The notes under the pieces are model-generated. The model was given only the letters and a program-made list of their open reading frames with translations. It searched no databases and was not told the DNA's origin. A stretch of DNA of 63,587 nucleotides, filler included, from Cercozoa sp. M6MM (taxonomy: Eukaryota > Protista > Endomyxa: Ascetosporea): assembly GCA_040357565.1 (NCBI GenBank). It is 5 parts of 5 records of this genome, joined end to end, with 100 filler letters (N's around TTAATTAATTAA, not from the genome) between each part and the next. Parts side by side here need not be neighbours in the genome. Positions count along the whole stretch, not along the records: positions 1 to 18,843 come from JBDODJ010000224.1; positions 18,944 to 38,092 come from JBDODJ010000217.1; 3 more parts are not named here. One strand, given 5' to 3'. The position numbers and the translations under genes were made by a program. How positions within the stretch are numbered: the first letter of the stretch is position 1; every line of letters begins with the position of its first letter. Shown here one piece after another: positions 12,644 through 26,800 of this stretch.

Positions 12644-14287
12644 TTACGGAGCGACGCATTGCCCAGAAACGCACCCGACCGTTCCGCCTGATTCATTGTT
12701 GTCTGCAATGATCTGGGGAACTCTGGTGACTGTTTCTCCGAGGCAAGTGTCTCCGTTATTATCGTTATCATCAGTCGCCACTGCGGATCGGGGTGATGTT
12801 TTGGGTTTCATTCGATCGATTCCACTATACGGGTCCAGACTTCGCCAGCTGTTGGAAATGTTGTGTACAGTGAGGGGTGCAAAAACAAAAGGGGGACGAC
12901 AACATACGGGATATCGGATGCAGTAACGTCGATGACAAGGGGCTGCTTGTCCTCTCTGTGTACACTTGACCCGGGAATCGACCCGGTGCCACTCCTCCGA
13001 CTGCCATGCTCAACTGCCAAATCTGATGATTCATGGTCAAGCGCTTCCGAGGATTCCGTTTTAATGGCAGATGTTCTCGAAGTGGGTGACTCCTTTTTGT
13101 GGTCCTCGGTATCTGAACTGACTTTTTGCGTGAGTCCTCGTTTGAAACGTCCTGCAGCTATCACCGTCCGTGTGGCCAACTAAAGCAAACACAGCAACAA
13201 CTAAACGAACTAAAACGGCATTGCAACAGAAGCTGCATAGCTTCTTTCGATGTCAATGAGATCAAATCGAGAGTACCCCTAGTTTTCGTCGTGCTTCGTT
13301 AAAGCGAGCCAGGTTCTCTATCGCTTGGACGTTCGTCTTTGAGCTGACACCTTGTCCAAGGACCCACTCATTCTCCAAAAGATCCTGCAGTGAAATCCTG
13401 CGGGCGGGGTCAACCTGGAGGAGACTTCGGATCACATTTTTGGCCTCTTCGCTCACAGACTGCCAAACCGAGTCATTGAAGTCGTACTTGCAGCGCGAGA
13501 TATGTCGTAGCAGTTCTGGCTCGCTGAGTTCTCCGTAGGGATCGAAGGGATGATACCCAGCCAGCAGAATGTACAGTAGTATCCCCAGAGTCCAAATGTC
13601 AACTCTGCAATCGTATGCTGTCCGAGCGACGACCTCTGGGGCTGCGTACGCCCACGTTCCGCAAATGGTGTTCATGCGCGCCAGCGCTCCTGGCAAAGTG
13701 GACACAGGAAGCAGTTTACTCAGACCAAAGTCAGCAAGTTTGATGCAGTCGGTGCGCTGACCGTCAATTGGCTGCCCGGAGCTGTCTAGCTTCACGCGCC
13801 GTTCGAGCAGCACATTTTCCGGCTTCAGGTCACGGTGTACAATGCCAAGTGAATGCAAGTGAATCAAAGCCTCTGCCATCTGTCGTAGGACAGACGCACT
13901 TCGTGCTTCGCTCATCTGTCCGTCTTCAACGATACAGTTGAAGAGATCACCTTCCTTGCACAGCTCCGACACGAGGTAGTAGAACGACGCGTCTTCAAAC
14001 ACGTCGCGCAACCCAAGCACGTGAGGGTGTCGTCCGCCGTGGAATAAAATCATGATCTCGGACATCAACAGGCGCTTGTTTGGCAACTTGGCCTTGTGGA
14101 TTTTCTTGACCGCCCATTCAGTTTGATCGTGCACGTCCTTACACTGGAAGACCTCAGCAAAGTGTCCGGATCCAATCAAACGTCCGATGTGGTAGCTTTT
14201 AGCAAAGTCGCTTTTCTTAATTTCCGGAGGTTTCTCCGACAGCAGCGAGGGCCCTCGTTTTAACCTTGAACTGGAACCGCAGCCCAT
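12644..14287 (-). CDS. CaMK-group Ser/Thr protein kinase with N-terminal MGC acylation motif and spliced C-terminal tail
   Basis: GSGHFA, AVK, HRDLKPEN, DFG, GTWAYAAPE; spliced FNEARRKLG|LATRTVIAAGRF resembles a CaM-binding helix; MGCGSSS start. Confidence 0.92.
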
Positions 14288-14653
14288 CGGATTTAGCACA
14301 ATGGAATCCTGCACGATTCACAAAACGAAATAATCTGTGGCCAGTGTTCAGTTTTGGCAAAAAATGCAGATACAACTTTCGACTCCAGACTGGTTGATAC
14401 TCCCCACGATCCCACCAACTTGCACACCCAGTCACACTGAACCTCCCGCTTATAGCGTGCCAAATCTTCGGGTCTGACAATAAAACCGTTCCCTCAGCGC
14501 GGAAGTTCATTTAGTTTCTGGCAACTGGGATCCTCGGACCTTGTTGAGTGCGCTGTCCGAAAGCACCTCCGACCATAAATGACTGGAGCTGTTTCAAATC
14601 TATGGACTAGTCCGTGGGGTGAATTGGGTTGCGACAAAGGAGCAGCACTGACG

Positions 14654-16724
14654 ATGAAGCTCCATGTTTCAATCAGCTTGCTTCTCTTCCTGCTGAAGCT
14701 GTCAAGCTATGTGGCTTTCGTTGGAGCTGTTTCGCTCCCCCAGTCGTCCACTTGCCCAGACGACTCGATGTATGCTCAGCAATCAATGCAAGCAGACACT
14801 TTTGTTGACGGACTGGAAAGCGGGCCGCAGGTAGATTTACCAGTAGAGTTGCGTACATTTATACTGTACAAACAGGTGGAGTTCTATTCTGCGACCCGAA
14901 ATCAACTTGATGCACGTGTTGACCCTCGTGATCCTTCTCGCATGACGATCGATGAAACCAACCCATCTGCATCGCGATGCGTCGGTGCAACCTCGGGCGA
15001 CGCAGAGTCGCGCCGCCGTTCGCTTCTGTGCCTTGATGTTTGGGCAGCACGTGATCCTGTAAACTCAAACCTCAGGTCCAGGACACAGTTGCTTGATTGA
15101 ACTCTCTTTGTTCAGGTTCCTTCTCGCGACAACCAGTTTTACTTTGCCTATTCATTGCGAATGCCAGGGTTGTTGGGTCAGGCTTCGCGTCTCCCGTACC
15201 CCAGAACAGGGTGGATCGGCCCTTTTGCTGGAGACCAAAACTGCACCGTGTGCCAGCGGTACTGCATGTTGCCTCTGCCGAGAGAGTTCGTCTGTGCTGC
15301 TTTTGCAGGCACAACGGTACTGTAGGTTTCATCGTTTCCCTCGCTTTTAACGAATATACGTCATGCACTGATCCCAGGTTCCTCGTTGTCAGTTTGAAGT
15401 GACTTTCAACGGCACCACGATTCTTGTGGTCAACTTTACGCAGACTGGAGTTTCAGGGAGTGCGGGTGTGATGAACACTACCACTCCGATGTCAACAGCA
15501 ACAGTGCTGCCTCAGCAGCAAAGAAAGAGAGTATTTGAGCGGAGCGGCACCTTTCGAGACATCGACGCATCTGTTGAACAGGAGATTCGAGCAGCATTTC
15601 ACAGCAAACTGAGGCAGAACATTACTCAAGAAGAAATTGTTAGTGACGACCCTGCTGCGCAGCAGAGACGACTGGAGCAAGCCATCGGTGCAGCCAGAGA
15701 GCGCTTCGACCAGCTTCTACGAAATCAAGCAGTGTCGACGCGAGCCTCTGCTGTGACAGAAGATGAATTCAGTCCACTGAAGGCCAAATGTCTTCGACGA
15801 GTGCAGGGCATCTTTGACGACGACGCCATTCCTCAAGGCCGAGAGGACTTGGACATGAGACCTTCTCCCGCCCCTTCAGTGAGCAGCCAAATAGGACTAC
15901 GCGTCAGGTGTATCCAGGAGCCGTTGGTGAGTTTGAATTCACACCTTAACTTGCATGTATCTGAGGTAACTAACTGTTCCGATATCAAGACAGGACCTGT
16001 CCAGAGGGATAGGAAAACTGCTGCTGGACACGATCTCGAGGTGCCAGGTGTGGGCACGCCTGTGTGTCCGTATGCGCATGTTTCGCTTCACCTGGGGAGT
16101 TCGCGTGTGTCCGACAGTGCGAGTAGTACAAGCGGCGCCCGCGTTTTTGCGCGACTCTGCGACTTTCAACACGCTACTGCCCTTGCTGGAAACAATCTTG
16201 TCGCGTCGAGCACTGGGATGCTACAGCTTCCCGCGCACACCTGATACGGTTTCAGTGCCCTTCCGTGTGTGCCGAAACAGTGGATTAGTGTTGTTGTTTC
16301 CTAGCCCGTACCGGCGCAGTTCCAAGAGGACGCAGACGCTTTCCAACAACTCTTCTTCTTTGGAGCACCTGCGCCAACGACACCGGCTGCCGCTCCGAAT
16401 GTTACAACAATGGCACCTCGGTTCGTGCCTCGAAATCCGCCTGACGATAATGACGTACTTTCAGTTGTCTCTCCACTGTGATGATCACTTCGACTGTCAT
16501 TTTGTAGGGTGGTGTCGGCATTGTCAAGGTGATAGTCATCGCCAGTGCTGCGGCAGTAACTGTGCTGGTCCTCTTTGCCGCTGCCATGCGACGACGCGAG
16601 CGTCAATACCAATCCGTAAGTTTCACTTCGAGTGATACTCGATTGTGTGCCTGCGTGTGTGTGTGTGTGTGTGCGTGTGTGTGTGTGTGTGAGTGTGTGT
16701 GTGTGTGTGAGTGTGTGTGTGTGT

Positions 16725-16780
<56 letters not shown>

Positions 16781-17677
16781 TGCACTATACATGCGTAGAG
16801 ACGTGACGCCGAGGTACGCTCGCAGTTGCTCCAGGCGAAGCAAGCAGCCGCCGAGACGGGACTAATACACAAAGCCGAAGCACAAAAGGTTCCACTCGCT
16901 CCGTACTTGCTGTGGCACGGAGAGAAGTATCTCTCCCCTTTCGCTTGTGGTGTGAAGGTTGCGGCCGAGTTTTTTGTGGACGACGCAGCCAGAGAGCGCG
17001 ACAAAGAACTCCGGCGCGCCTATGAGGCCGAAGCAAAAAAGTATGCCAAGTACACACGTGCAGACCTGCGCGCGCGCCGAAAACGAGGTGTTAGGTAACT
17101 AAATTATAACGTAAACGAAAACGTGCATGGCACGCTGAGTCCGATTTCATCATACGTGGCGAGTCGAAATATGATTCCCTGACTCGATGTGCTACGCTAG
17201 AGCTGCCCCGGCTACACTGGTGGAACGACCAGCGTGGTTGGAGGGTATCAAAAACGATACAGCGGTGGTGGCGAACTTTTACAATGAAGCTTACGACGAC
17301 GCCGACTACTACGCAAGTGAAGAAGAGAACAAGAGCGCCGGCGACAGTCATTTAGACGCATTCTCTCGTGTACAAACTGAACATTTTGGTTCCTGTCACG
17401 AGTCGTCGATGTTTCCAATTTGTCCCTCACAGGACTGACTGACTGATCGCACCGCACACGACTACGAGCGCATGCTGTGTCGCATTTGCTCACGCTGTGC
17501 GATAAGATGCTCAACGAGCAGGTGCGACAGAACAGCGGCGACCTGCGCTCAGTATCATCCACCGGTTTAACTCAAGCAACTGAACTGCACGCACGCGTAC
17601 CTGAGCGACACCTGGCTGCATTCGAGCACTTCCCCCGGCAACGTACTGACACACTAGGCGAACCTGGGCAAAGTTGA
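14654..17677 (+). CDS. Uncharacterised type I membrane protein (signal peptide, Cys-containing ectodomain, one TM); exon structure uncertain
   Basis: MKLHVSISLLLFLLKLSSYVAFVGAVS; TM VIVIASAAAVTVLVLFAAAM followed by RRRER. Confidence 0.55.
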
Positions 17678-17989
17678 GTCTCGTAAACTGTTTGCCAATC
17701 AGGGCGATGACTAAAACATCGCACCTCATCACCGCGTAGATACTTTGCGAGGTAGTTTTGCACGGTTCTCGGCTAACAATGTCACGGTACTTAGACATTT
17801 TAGTTGTCTAGATTGCATACAAAGCTAAATATCGGTACACAGGAGGTCTGCACGAGAGTCGCATGCCAGGTGTCATACGCTACACAGAAAATAGACGAAT
17901 CTCAAGACACAACGCAGGGGAAACAGACAAACTGAAGACAGCTGAGGGACTGAGTTAATTTATACAATGGAGAACAGCGCGTGCAATGG

Positions 17990-18791
17990 CCTCGGCCGCC
18001 TTGCCCCTGTCTTCGTTGGTCACAGAGGCCAGGGCCTGGTACACTGCCTGCATGGGCACAGGAGTGGCGCACACCGCCAGCAGCACCTTGATGGTGCCTG
18101 TGCTCGAAATAGACCTCAATTTCTTCAGTTGAACAATCGATGAAGAATGTGAAGAGTACAGTTGGCAGGGTCTTCGTCAAAATCCTCCAGTTCGATGAGA
18201 GACCGTTTGAACTCACGCATCGATTGTGTACTGCCCAGACATGAAGGAGTGGCTACTCTGCACACAATTTGACCAGGAGAGAGAGAGGAGAGAGAAAGAG
18301 TACTCCAGCACTGTTGCAAATCGCGGTCGTACAATACCCATACACAGGCATGCCGTCTGTGTATGAATAGACACACAGCTTGTACATAGGTAAGTGATAC
18401 ACCTCTTGAGAGAGAGAGAGAGAGAGAGAGAGAATACGTGCAGCATGGCATGTACAGTGGCAACAGCAACGGGCGCGAGTGCGTCGATCTGTCGCAGCAT
18501 GGCCGCGACTCTGTCGGACGCGACGTGGGGCTGCAGAAAGTGCGCGCACAGGGCGCGTAGCACAGTGACGACGGCGACGTCATTGTCGTTCAGCGCACGT
18601 GTCACCATACCGATCACTGTCGAGAGATCACTCACCTCGCGATCAGTCACTCTGCCATCATCACTGTCACCGTTGCTCACCGTGCGCAGCACCGTCACCA
18701 GTGAAACACGTGCGCCCAGTCCACACACCTCATCGTCGGCACTGCGACAGGCCTGCAGGCAGGTTGCCCACCAGTCAGCATACACCCCCCC

Positions 18792-18800
<9 letters not shown>
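17990..18800 (-). CDS. Partial (3') gene of unknown function, truncated by contig end
   Basis: GC-rich exon ORF (GGVYADWW...HAMLH) flanked by microsatellite introns. Confidence 0.4.
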
Positions 18801-18843
<43 letters not shown>

Positions 18844-18943
18844 NNNNNNNNNNNNNNNNNNNNNNNNNNNNNNNNNNNNNNNNNNNNTTAATTAATTAAN
18901 NNNNNNNNNNNNNNNNNNNNNNNNNNNNNNNNNNNNNNNNNNN
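18844..18943. other. Artificial contig linker N44-TTAATTAATTAA-N44
   Basis: Stop-in-six-frames spacer flanked by Ns. Confidence 0.97.
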
Positions 18944-18989
18944 GGGGGGGGGTAAAGGTGGCAAGGGGGTAAAACGTCTTTGTGTGCAG

Positions 18990-19990
18990 GACCCGAGCTC
19001 GTCGTCGCTCACGAAAATCGACTTGTCCGGCAACCGACTCGAGGAGGACTGTCTGTAGCTTTACCCCCCTTTATCCCCCCTAGCCCCCTACCCCCTTTAC
19101 TTCCCTACCCCCCCTTCCCCGTTAGGCTGGAGTTGTGCGAGGCGCTCAAGTCGAACACGCGTCTGCGTTCAGTGGTGGTAGGACACGTTCGTTATGTTAA
19201 AGTTGAGGTGGCTACACAGTGCGGTGGTACAAGTGTACCCTACGATGGCACTGTGTTTGTGTGTGTGTCCAGATGGACGAGAACAGGACGTCGTTAAGGG
19301 TGCTCAAGGAGCTGAAACGCATTCTGCGCGAGAATCATACCTTGGTCGACCCGGCCATTATTCCGATGAGCGACGTAGCTTGCCTTCCTTCCCTCCTGTG
19401 GCCCCTTAACCCCCTCCCCTTCCCTCCCTCCAGGTGGACCAGACAATGACGCGTCTGTCGCGTGCCGAGAAGGCCGAGTTGAAGGAGACCATCATCAGCA
19501 TCGAGACCGCCGTGGCGCGCAATATGGACGAGGTACGCACGGCCTTTATCCCTTACCCCCTTTACCCCCCTCGCACAGTTCGGAGGCGAGCGATGCGTGG
19601 CGCAGCTGTTGCGTGACACGGTACACAAGTGTGAACCCTCCTCCGTCCCTGTGTCACACCGCTCCCTTAACAAAACCTCTCTATGTCTGGACTGACACAC
19701 AGGGCACGGACTGGCGCTCGCAGTTTCTCGAGCAGCTGTACGGACGTCGCTCGCGCCGCACCGGCTCGGACGCTGATGAAGCGGCCGTCCGCGCGGACGA
19801 GGACGAGGACGAGGACGGCCTACTGCCGCTCCGCGAGGACCGCTTCGACGACGCCGGCGTCGCGGGCGGCGACGACTTTGCCGCGCCCTTAAACAGTCGG
19901 TCGCGTGGCGCCAGTATGGCCATCCGCGCGCAGACCGCCGGTAGCACGGCCTACGCCGCCTCGGCGCGCCTGCGTCGCTACCAGAGCTGA
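18990..19990 (+). CDS. Partial (3') RNI-like leucine-rich repeat protein
   Basis: Spliced SLTKIDLSGNRLEED..LELCEALKSNTRLRSV..MDENRTS. Confidence 0.65.
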
Positions 19991-20891
19991 GCGCGCCGTA
20001 CCGTAATCGCTTGTGCGCACATTAATGCGGCGTATGCACGGCTGTCGTGTACGGTAGTACGGTAGCATGAGTAAAATATATTCAAGAATTGTGTTGTGTT
20101 CAGTCTCAGTACGCTTGCTTCCACACTACTCAGTCAGTCAGTCACAAACGAAAGGCAATCCCGGAAGGAGTAATGTCGTGAGATTGCCAATGCAATTTAA
20201 GTGAAGACAACGACAATTAGGTTCGTTCAAATAAACCGAAAGATAATTTATCAAGTTTCCCCAAGGTAGGGCCGTCGATACAGTTGAGAGTGTGACGAGG
20301 TTTGTTCGAAAGTCAATAAACAAACACCCTCTTGCCTGCTCAAGATAGAGCAAATCAGTTGCTTTGTCAACAAGGACCGGGAGGACGTGTAGGCCATGCG
20401 AAGTCGGAGCGATGCAAATAGCCAAGAAGGACGCCGAAGCCTATCGCGCGCACCCCGCGAGATAGTTCGTTCAGTCTTCTAACGTAAAAACGTTGACTTG
20501 GCGGTACGAAGCCGTCAAACGTGCGTTGGGGTACGGGGTCGTTCACCACACGTCCACGCACACTTCATTGGCGTCAACGTTCGCCCTGCAGCAGTCTCGT
20601 CTCAGTCCTGGTTGGCGTCCAGCGACCCACCGCATCGCATCAAAGTCTCGGGCGTCACACGACGCAGCGAGATAACGACGAGCACCGTGGCTGACTGAAT
20701 CAACGGCAAAATCTATCATGGACGGGATACTTCGCATGTTGTGTGCGCGTACGCGTGCGTAAGGAGACTAGACTAGACCAAGTAATCGAATTTACAGACG
20801 AGACTAGCTCGGCTACATGTACAAAGCAGCTAGCAAATGTCGGTCATCGCGACATCGCTGGGCTGCTGGAGATGGGGTTGCGTTGGTTGCG

Positions 20892-23800
20892 TCACTGCAT
20901 GCCGTCCATTTCGAGCTCGCGCACGCCTTGCTCTAGTGTTAGAAAAAGCAAAACCTTAACAGAGAAGGAACACTGACAAAGAGGTCAACGTACCGCCGTG
21001 CAGCTCAAAGACGGACGGCTGCGGCTCGGCACTGACGTGCGCATACAGCAGGTGCTGCAGCTGCTCCTCCTCGTCCTCCTCGTCGGCAGTGGCGTCCTCA
21101 AATTGCTCCTATCAGAGAGAGAGAACATAGAAGTTGCGATATAAATCAAACTGGTACACTGGAGGGGAGGTAGACAGGGTCACAGACCTCGTACCTTTTG
21201 CGAGTTGAGCACGAGACCAATAAAGAGGTTCGAGAAGAAGAGCGTCACGATGATCGTGTACGACATGAAGTACACCGATGCCGTCCAGCTGGTCGACATG
21301 ATGGCCGCGTACATCACGTCGTGCCAGCCAGCCTGGGAGGGGCACACAAGAGGACGTACCGAAGCTTACAGTGACAAGAGGAGGTATCGATACCACAAGT
21401 AGGTGGAACAAGGCAATGAACGCGTAGGGCAACGACTCAAAACGCGCCTCGGGTAGACGATCCTCTTGCAGACGCGAGTACTCATCACTGATCACCACAA
21501 AAAACAGGTCTCTCAGGTAGCATAAGCGAGGAGTGAGAAGAAGAGCCTACCCGAACAGGTAGATGCCCATGACGCCGTAGACGTAGAAGACACCCAGCAG
21601 CACCAGGAGCATCGACACGAACTGCGGCACAATCTTGGCCAGCGAGAAAACCAGGCGACGCAACGACACCTGTTCGAGAAGGGAGGGATAAAGGAGCGAT
21701 ATGGTAGAGGTAAGGGGACAGGGGGGGGGGGGGGGAAAAGGGCAGGCTACAATAAGCGTGAAGAGTCGCAGGATGCACAGCGTCAAGGCAAAGCGCAGAG
21801 AGTCGTCCTCCTCCTTGTAGGACAGCACGCGACCCGTTGAAAGTCGAGTCACCACTGTCAGCAGCAGCGACAGCAGCACGATGAACGTGTCCACGCGGTT
21901 GGCCATTTGACTGTCCACGCGGAATACCCCATTAACCGAATACAACGAAAAACCACAACTGCACAGGTACCGATCGAGACACGGCGTGTGCATGGTATCG
22001 TGGTGGATAAAACCACGCCAACCCCAGCCAAACACCTTGACTCCAATCTCCACCACCTGTTCGTATACTCAAGTGTAAAGGATGTCGGGGGGGGGGGGCG
22101 GAGGGGCGAGTCTGGGGTACCTGAGCCAGCAGCAGGAAGAACAAGATCTGATCGAGATGAGTAACGTCGTCGGCACCGCCATAGTACGCCATGCACACGA
22201 TCTACTCGAGTGGAGGGAGGCGTCAAAGGGAGAGTGCAAGGAACACCACAGAATAAGTCACCTCGCCCAACACGACAAGCTTCAGCAGCAACACGCCGGC
22301 GGCACCGCCCCAACTGTGTCATACACACAGAAAGGTAAAGCGCTAAAGGAAGTCAACAAGAAGGAAGATACCCAGTCAACAGATTGTCGCGCACCCATTT
22401 GCGCAAAGCGTGCGTGGACAACTGCACACACATATGAAAAGTGAGTGAGGGGGAGAGAGGCAGAGGGTAAGGGAGTAAACAAGGGCAAGCACCTCGCGCT
22501 GTCGCTGTCGCTGTCGCAGCTCGCGCATGCGATCGTCCATGTTGCGCATGTCTGCAATGAGAGACTCGTGAACAGAAAACACGCCCAGCCAAGGCCTGGT
22601 AAATAAGTGGTTGAAAGGTACGGTGCACGAACTCGGTCTTGGTGAGACCCGAGTCGCTGGCGCCGTCTTGACGCTCGTACAGCGAGTCGACGTCCTCGTC
22701 CGCATCAACCTCCATCACGCGACGCAAGAAATCCTAATATAATAGGGAGGGCGTAAAGCCGGTAATAGGGAGGTACAAAGGCACAGCCTACGCGGAACAT
22801 GTCCTCACTGAGCAGGTGCTCAATTTCCTCTTCGGCATTGGCATCCTCGGCATCCGCGCGGACGTGGCCTACCACGGGTTCCTGCTTGGCCAGCACAGCA
22901 TACGCTGCGATCAGTCGCGAGTCGTCAGTCACCTGGAGGGGTACACGGGGTAAAGAGGTACAAGGGGTAAAGAGGTGCACGGGGCTAAACAGCAGTCAGG
23001 CTACCTGCAGCCGCTGGTGCAGCTGCTCGTAGGACTCCTCGAAGCCGTCTTGGAAACGGTCGACGATCATACCTGGGAGCAGAGGAGAGCGTGAGGGTAC
23101 ACGATGACGATCCAAGACAGAGGGCAGACAGGGCGAAAGTCGAGTGTACCCAGGATGATGAACATGCCAAAGACGGTGAAGGCGATGAAGTACACCGTGT
23201 ACCACGGCGACACTTCGTAGGCCGGGTACACCAGTTCCTCATAGTTGTCACCCGTCGAGATGAACACGAAACTCTGGGAACGCAAGGGGTAAAGGAGAGG
23301 ATGGAAGGGACAAGAGGGAGGGGATAAAACAGCCCAGTACCGTCGTCATAGAACGCACAAAGTCGGAGAAGACTGAGCCGGGACTCCAGTCGTCCAGCAC
23401 ACGTCGGAACAGCACAATGCCCATGGCAGCTGCCACGGCCACTACCACCAGGTACAGCAGCAGAACCGTGCGCATGCCGGCCGACGTCAGCGTGCGCCAG
23501 AACGAGGCCACCACGGCGGCGACACTCTCGTTCGTCACCAGCAACAGCAGCGGTCGTAGTGCCAGTAGCCACAGCTCCGTCTGCAGGGAGGGGGGGTCAA
23601 GGGGTCAAGAAAAACGAGGCACTGCGAAGGGCAGACAGTACCCTTGGACCGACGCACATCATGATGACATCGACGATGAAGAACACGATGAGCGCACCGT
23701 GGAACAAGGTCGCCTGCACCGTGCGATCACTGCCGAGCAGGTTGGTGCCGGTGCGCCATAGGATCAGCGCACGTGTCACCCAGTCCAACAGCTCCAATGC

Positions 23801-26800
23801 CTGGGAGGGGACACGAGAGGTAGAGTTAAAAGAAGTAAAGGCAGAGAGACAGGAGCTACCACACACACGCCGGCTATGACCACAATAGCGACGTGCGGAT
23901 CCTCCTCGTCGAAAAAGTCGGGTTCCGCAAAGCCGAGAATGATGTGCACCAGTGCGATAACATTGATGCCGAGCGTCCACCACACTGTATTGCGCATTCG
24001 GTGCAACCACAACAGCCGGCTCGACTGCATGGTCTGCATGGGGGAGGGGGGAGTAAATTGTACATAACCGAAAAAGCTAGGGAATACCTCCAGTCGGCAG
24101 GTAGTCACTATGTTCGACGACTCGTTAAAGTGTGTCGCTGCGCGCTGCAGCCTATCAGGGAGAGAGGTAAGGAACAGTACACAAAAGGGCAAGGAGTAAA
24201 GACGCAGTACTTGACTTGCCGGTCGCCATTGCCGCGCAGACAGGTGTCATAGGCCAGGTGCACACTGCTGGTGACCTCGTGATTGACGAGTTCACTCACG
24301 ACGGCCACGTCGGTACGCGCTGCTTTCTGCGCCAGTCGCGTCTGGTTGTGCCAGCTGCGTCGCTCGTCCAGTTCGTCGTCCAACCAGGCCACACGCAGAC
24401 CTGCACAACAGGAGGGTCTATCAGGAGGGGAGAGGGTAAAGGGGAGACAGAGGCCAGACTACAGTAGTAGATGCCGATGCCGCAGCCAATAGCAACGGCG
24501 AAACGTGTGATGAAGGACAGCATGATGTCGTCGTACAACCATTGGTACAGACCGTCTTGCTTGGGCACAGCAAACACCGACAACCACGGGTTAGAGGACA
24601 CCACGCCATCGGCATCGTCGACGAGGGCGACATACGTGTGCGCACGGTCCACGGCACGCGGCACCTCCTCCACCTCGATCGACCCAGCACCTGCAGGGGG
24701 AAGGGGAGAGAAGGGAAGGTCCGAATGAAAGGGAGAGAGAGAGAGAGAGTGAGACAGGAAAAAGGATACCGGTAAAGTCGCCGATGGAATCATCGCCATT
24801 GGCATCGACACTGGGCAGGAGGTGACCCGACTGACGCAGGAAGGCCGTCGTCTGGCGTACCACCGTGTCCGAGATGTCGTCACCGTATACCACACTACCG
24901 AGGGGGGAGGGGTTGCGGGTAAATACCAAGGGGTAAAATGGGTAGAGAAGTTTATACGCTTGGATTTCTTCGGCCGTAAGTTCGAACGGCTCGCCCTAAC
25001 AGGGGGAGAGAGGTACAAAGGGTGCGTTCAGAAGGGCAACACGCACCTTTTCGTTGAAGAGATCGCCAGCCAGGTAGCGACCCGAACGCTGAAGCAAAAA
25101 CAGACGCTTCATAGGCGACACGCGAAGTCTAAGACGGGTAAAGTAAGGGTGCAATATGCAATAAGGGTGTTTAAAAAAAAGGGGGGGGGGGGTAAGTACT
25201 GCGTGCGACGCAGCACATCGTCGAACACGCTGAGACGGATGTCGATAGCAAACACTCCCGACACGTACTTGCTCTAGGGGAGCAAGGGTGAGGGACAAAA
25301 GAGAGTATAGAAGGAGATTAGCTACTGTACCACAGTGGTGTCATAGTAGTCGCCATTAGCACCGACGCCCGAGTTACTCGGGTCGACCAGCGGCGTACTA
25401 AAGGGAGTGAGAGTAAGGAAGGTAAAACGAACGAGGAAGGTAAAGCAGTACGCCAGAGTGATGCCGAGACCACCGCTCGCGTATGTGTACAATTCACTGC
25501 ACGAGGTAAAGTGAGGTAAAGGAGGTAAAACGAAAAAGTGTATGGAGTATAAGCTTACGTCCACTGCGACAGGTAACCCGGTCGACGGCGACCGATCCAG
25601 TCGAGCCAGCGCGAATCCTTGGGTCCCGTCATGTCCACCTGTCCATGCCAAGTGGTACGTTTGATGGGGGTAGGACTGGATCGCAAAAGGGGCAAAGGAG
25701 TAATACCTCAGACAGACCGGTGGCCTCAAAGAACTCCGTCACAACCTCCTGGGCACGAGAGACCGCCATCGTGTACCTGTCACAGGAGGATGAAGGGGTG
25801 GGTGACGCGAAAGGAGGTGAAGAGGTAAAGCAGCGGGTATGAAGTAGAGACACCAGTTTCGATCGCGTGGGTCAAAGCACAAGTTGCCATCCTCATAGGC
25901 AAACGTGTCTCGGAAGAAGGACAACTTTCGGGCCGCTGTGTTTCAACGAGGTTAATGGGATTAACATGAGTGCTGTGGGTGGGGGGGGGGGGGGGCAAAT
26001 CGCACGCGTGAAGTAGTAGGCCGTGTCGTTGGTGTCGCGGTGCATCACCGTGATGTCCCTGGGCAGAGGGAGTCAGGAAGCGGATGAAGGTAATAAAGAA
26101 AGTGGAGTCTCTACCACCCAGCATTCGTGGTGCCGCTGGCGGCTTTAGTGGCACCGATCATGCGACCATCGCCGCGACCCAGGTACACAGCGTCCAGCAG
26201 CATACCACCTGGACCATCAAGTTAGACAGAGACAGGTGCACAGGTACATCTGGACAGAGAGGTACCGCTGTCGTTGCGGTAAGAGTTCAGCGTGCCCACG
26301 AAGAAGCGGTCAAAGTAGTTGAACTCGGGACCCTGTGGGTATTGCGAAATATAGGCTCAAAGGGGAACGCATCGAGTTACCTCAACGCCACTTGGTGGCA
26401 AGGTCGGCTCGCGCACCTTATCGTCCAGCGCCAGCATGTCGCCGAGGTCGTGTCTGGGGGCGGGGCGGGGAGGGGGTAAGGGTAAGAAAGGGTTGACGGG
26501 AGAGCAGTGGACCCTACCTAGACAACGTGAGCTCCATGACCTGTCGAGCACTCTGCACGTAGCTGTTTGACACGTCCATGTGTCGCCTCGCCGCCTGCAG
26601 CATCGTGCTGTCCACAAAGTCGAAGGTCGCCAGCGACTCCGACGCCAAATGCAAGGCCCACACGACCTGGGTCGGGGGGGGGTACAGAAAGCAGAGGAGG
26701 ATAACACACACACAAGAAAGGAGAAAACTGTACCAACACGATCAAAAAGGCGCCCAGCAACAAACGCGGACAGTTCACCGGTAGTGACAGAAGTAATTTG

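Noticed and set aside
12644-12660. C-terminal CVAP as a CaaX prenylation motif on the kinase
   Set aside because: Pro at X is atypical and the call depends on a predicted splice
20130-20800. Short ORFs downstream of the channel gene
   Set aside because: No recognisable motif; may be UTR or extra 3' exons, which cannot be resolved from sequence
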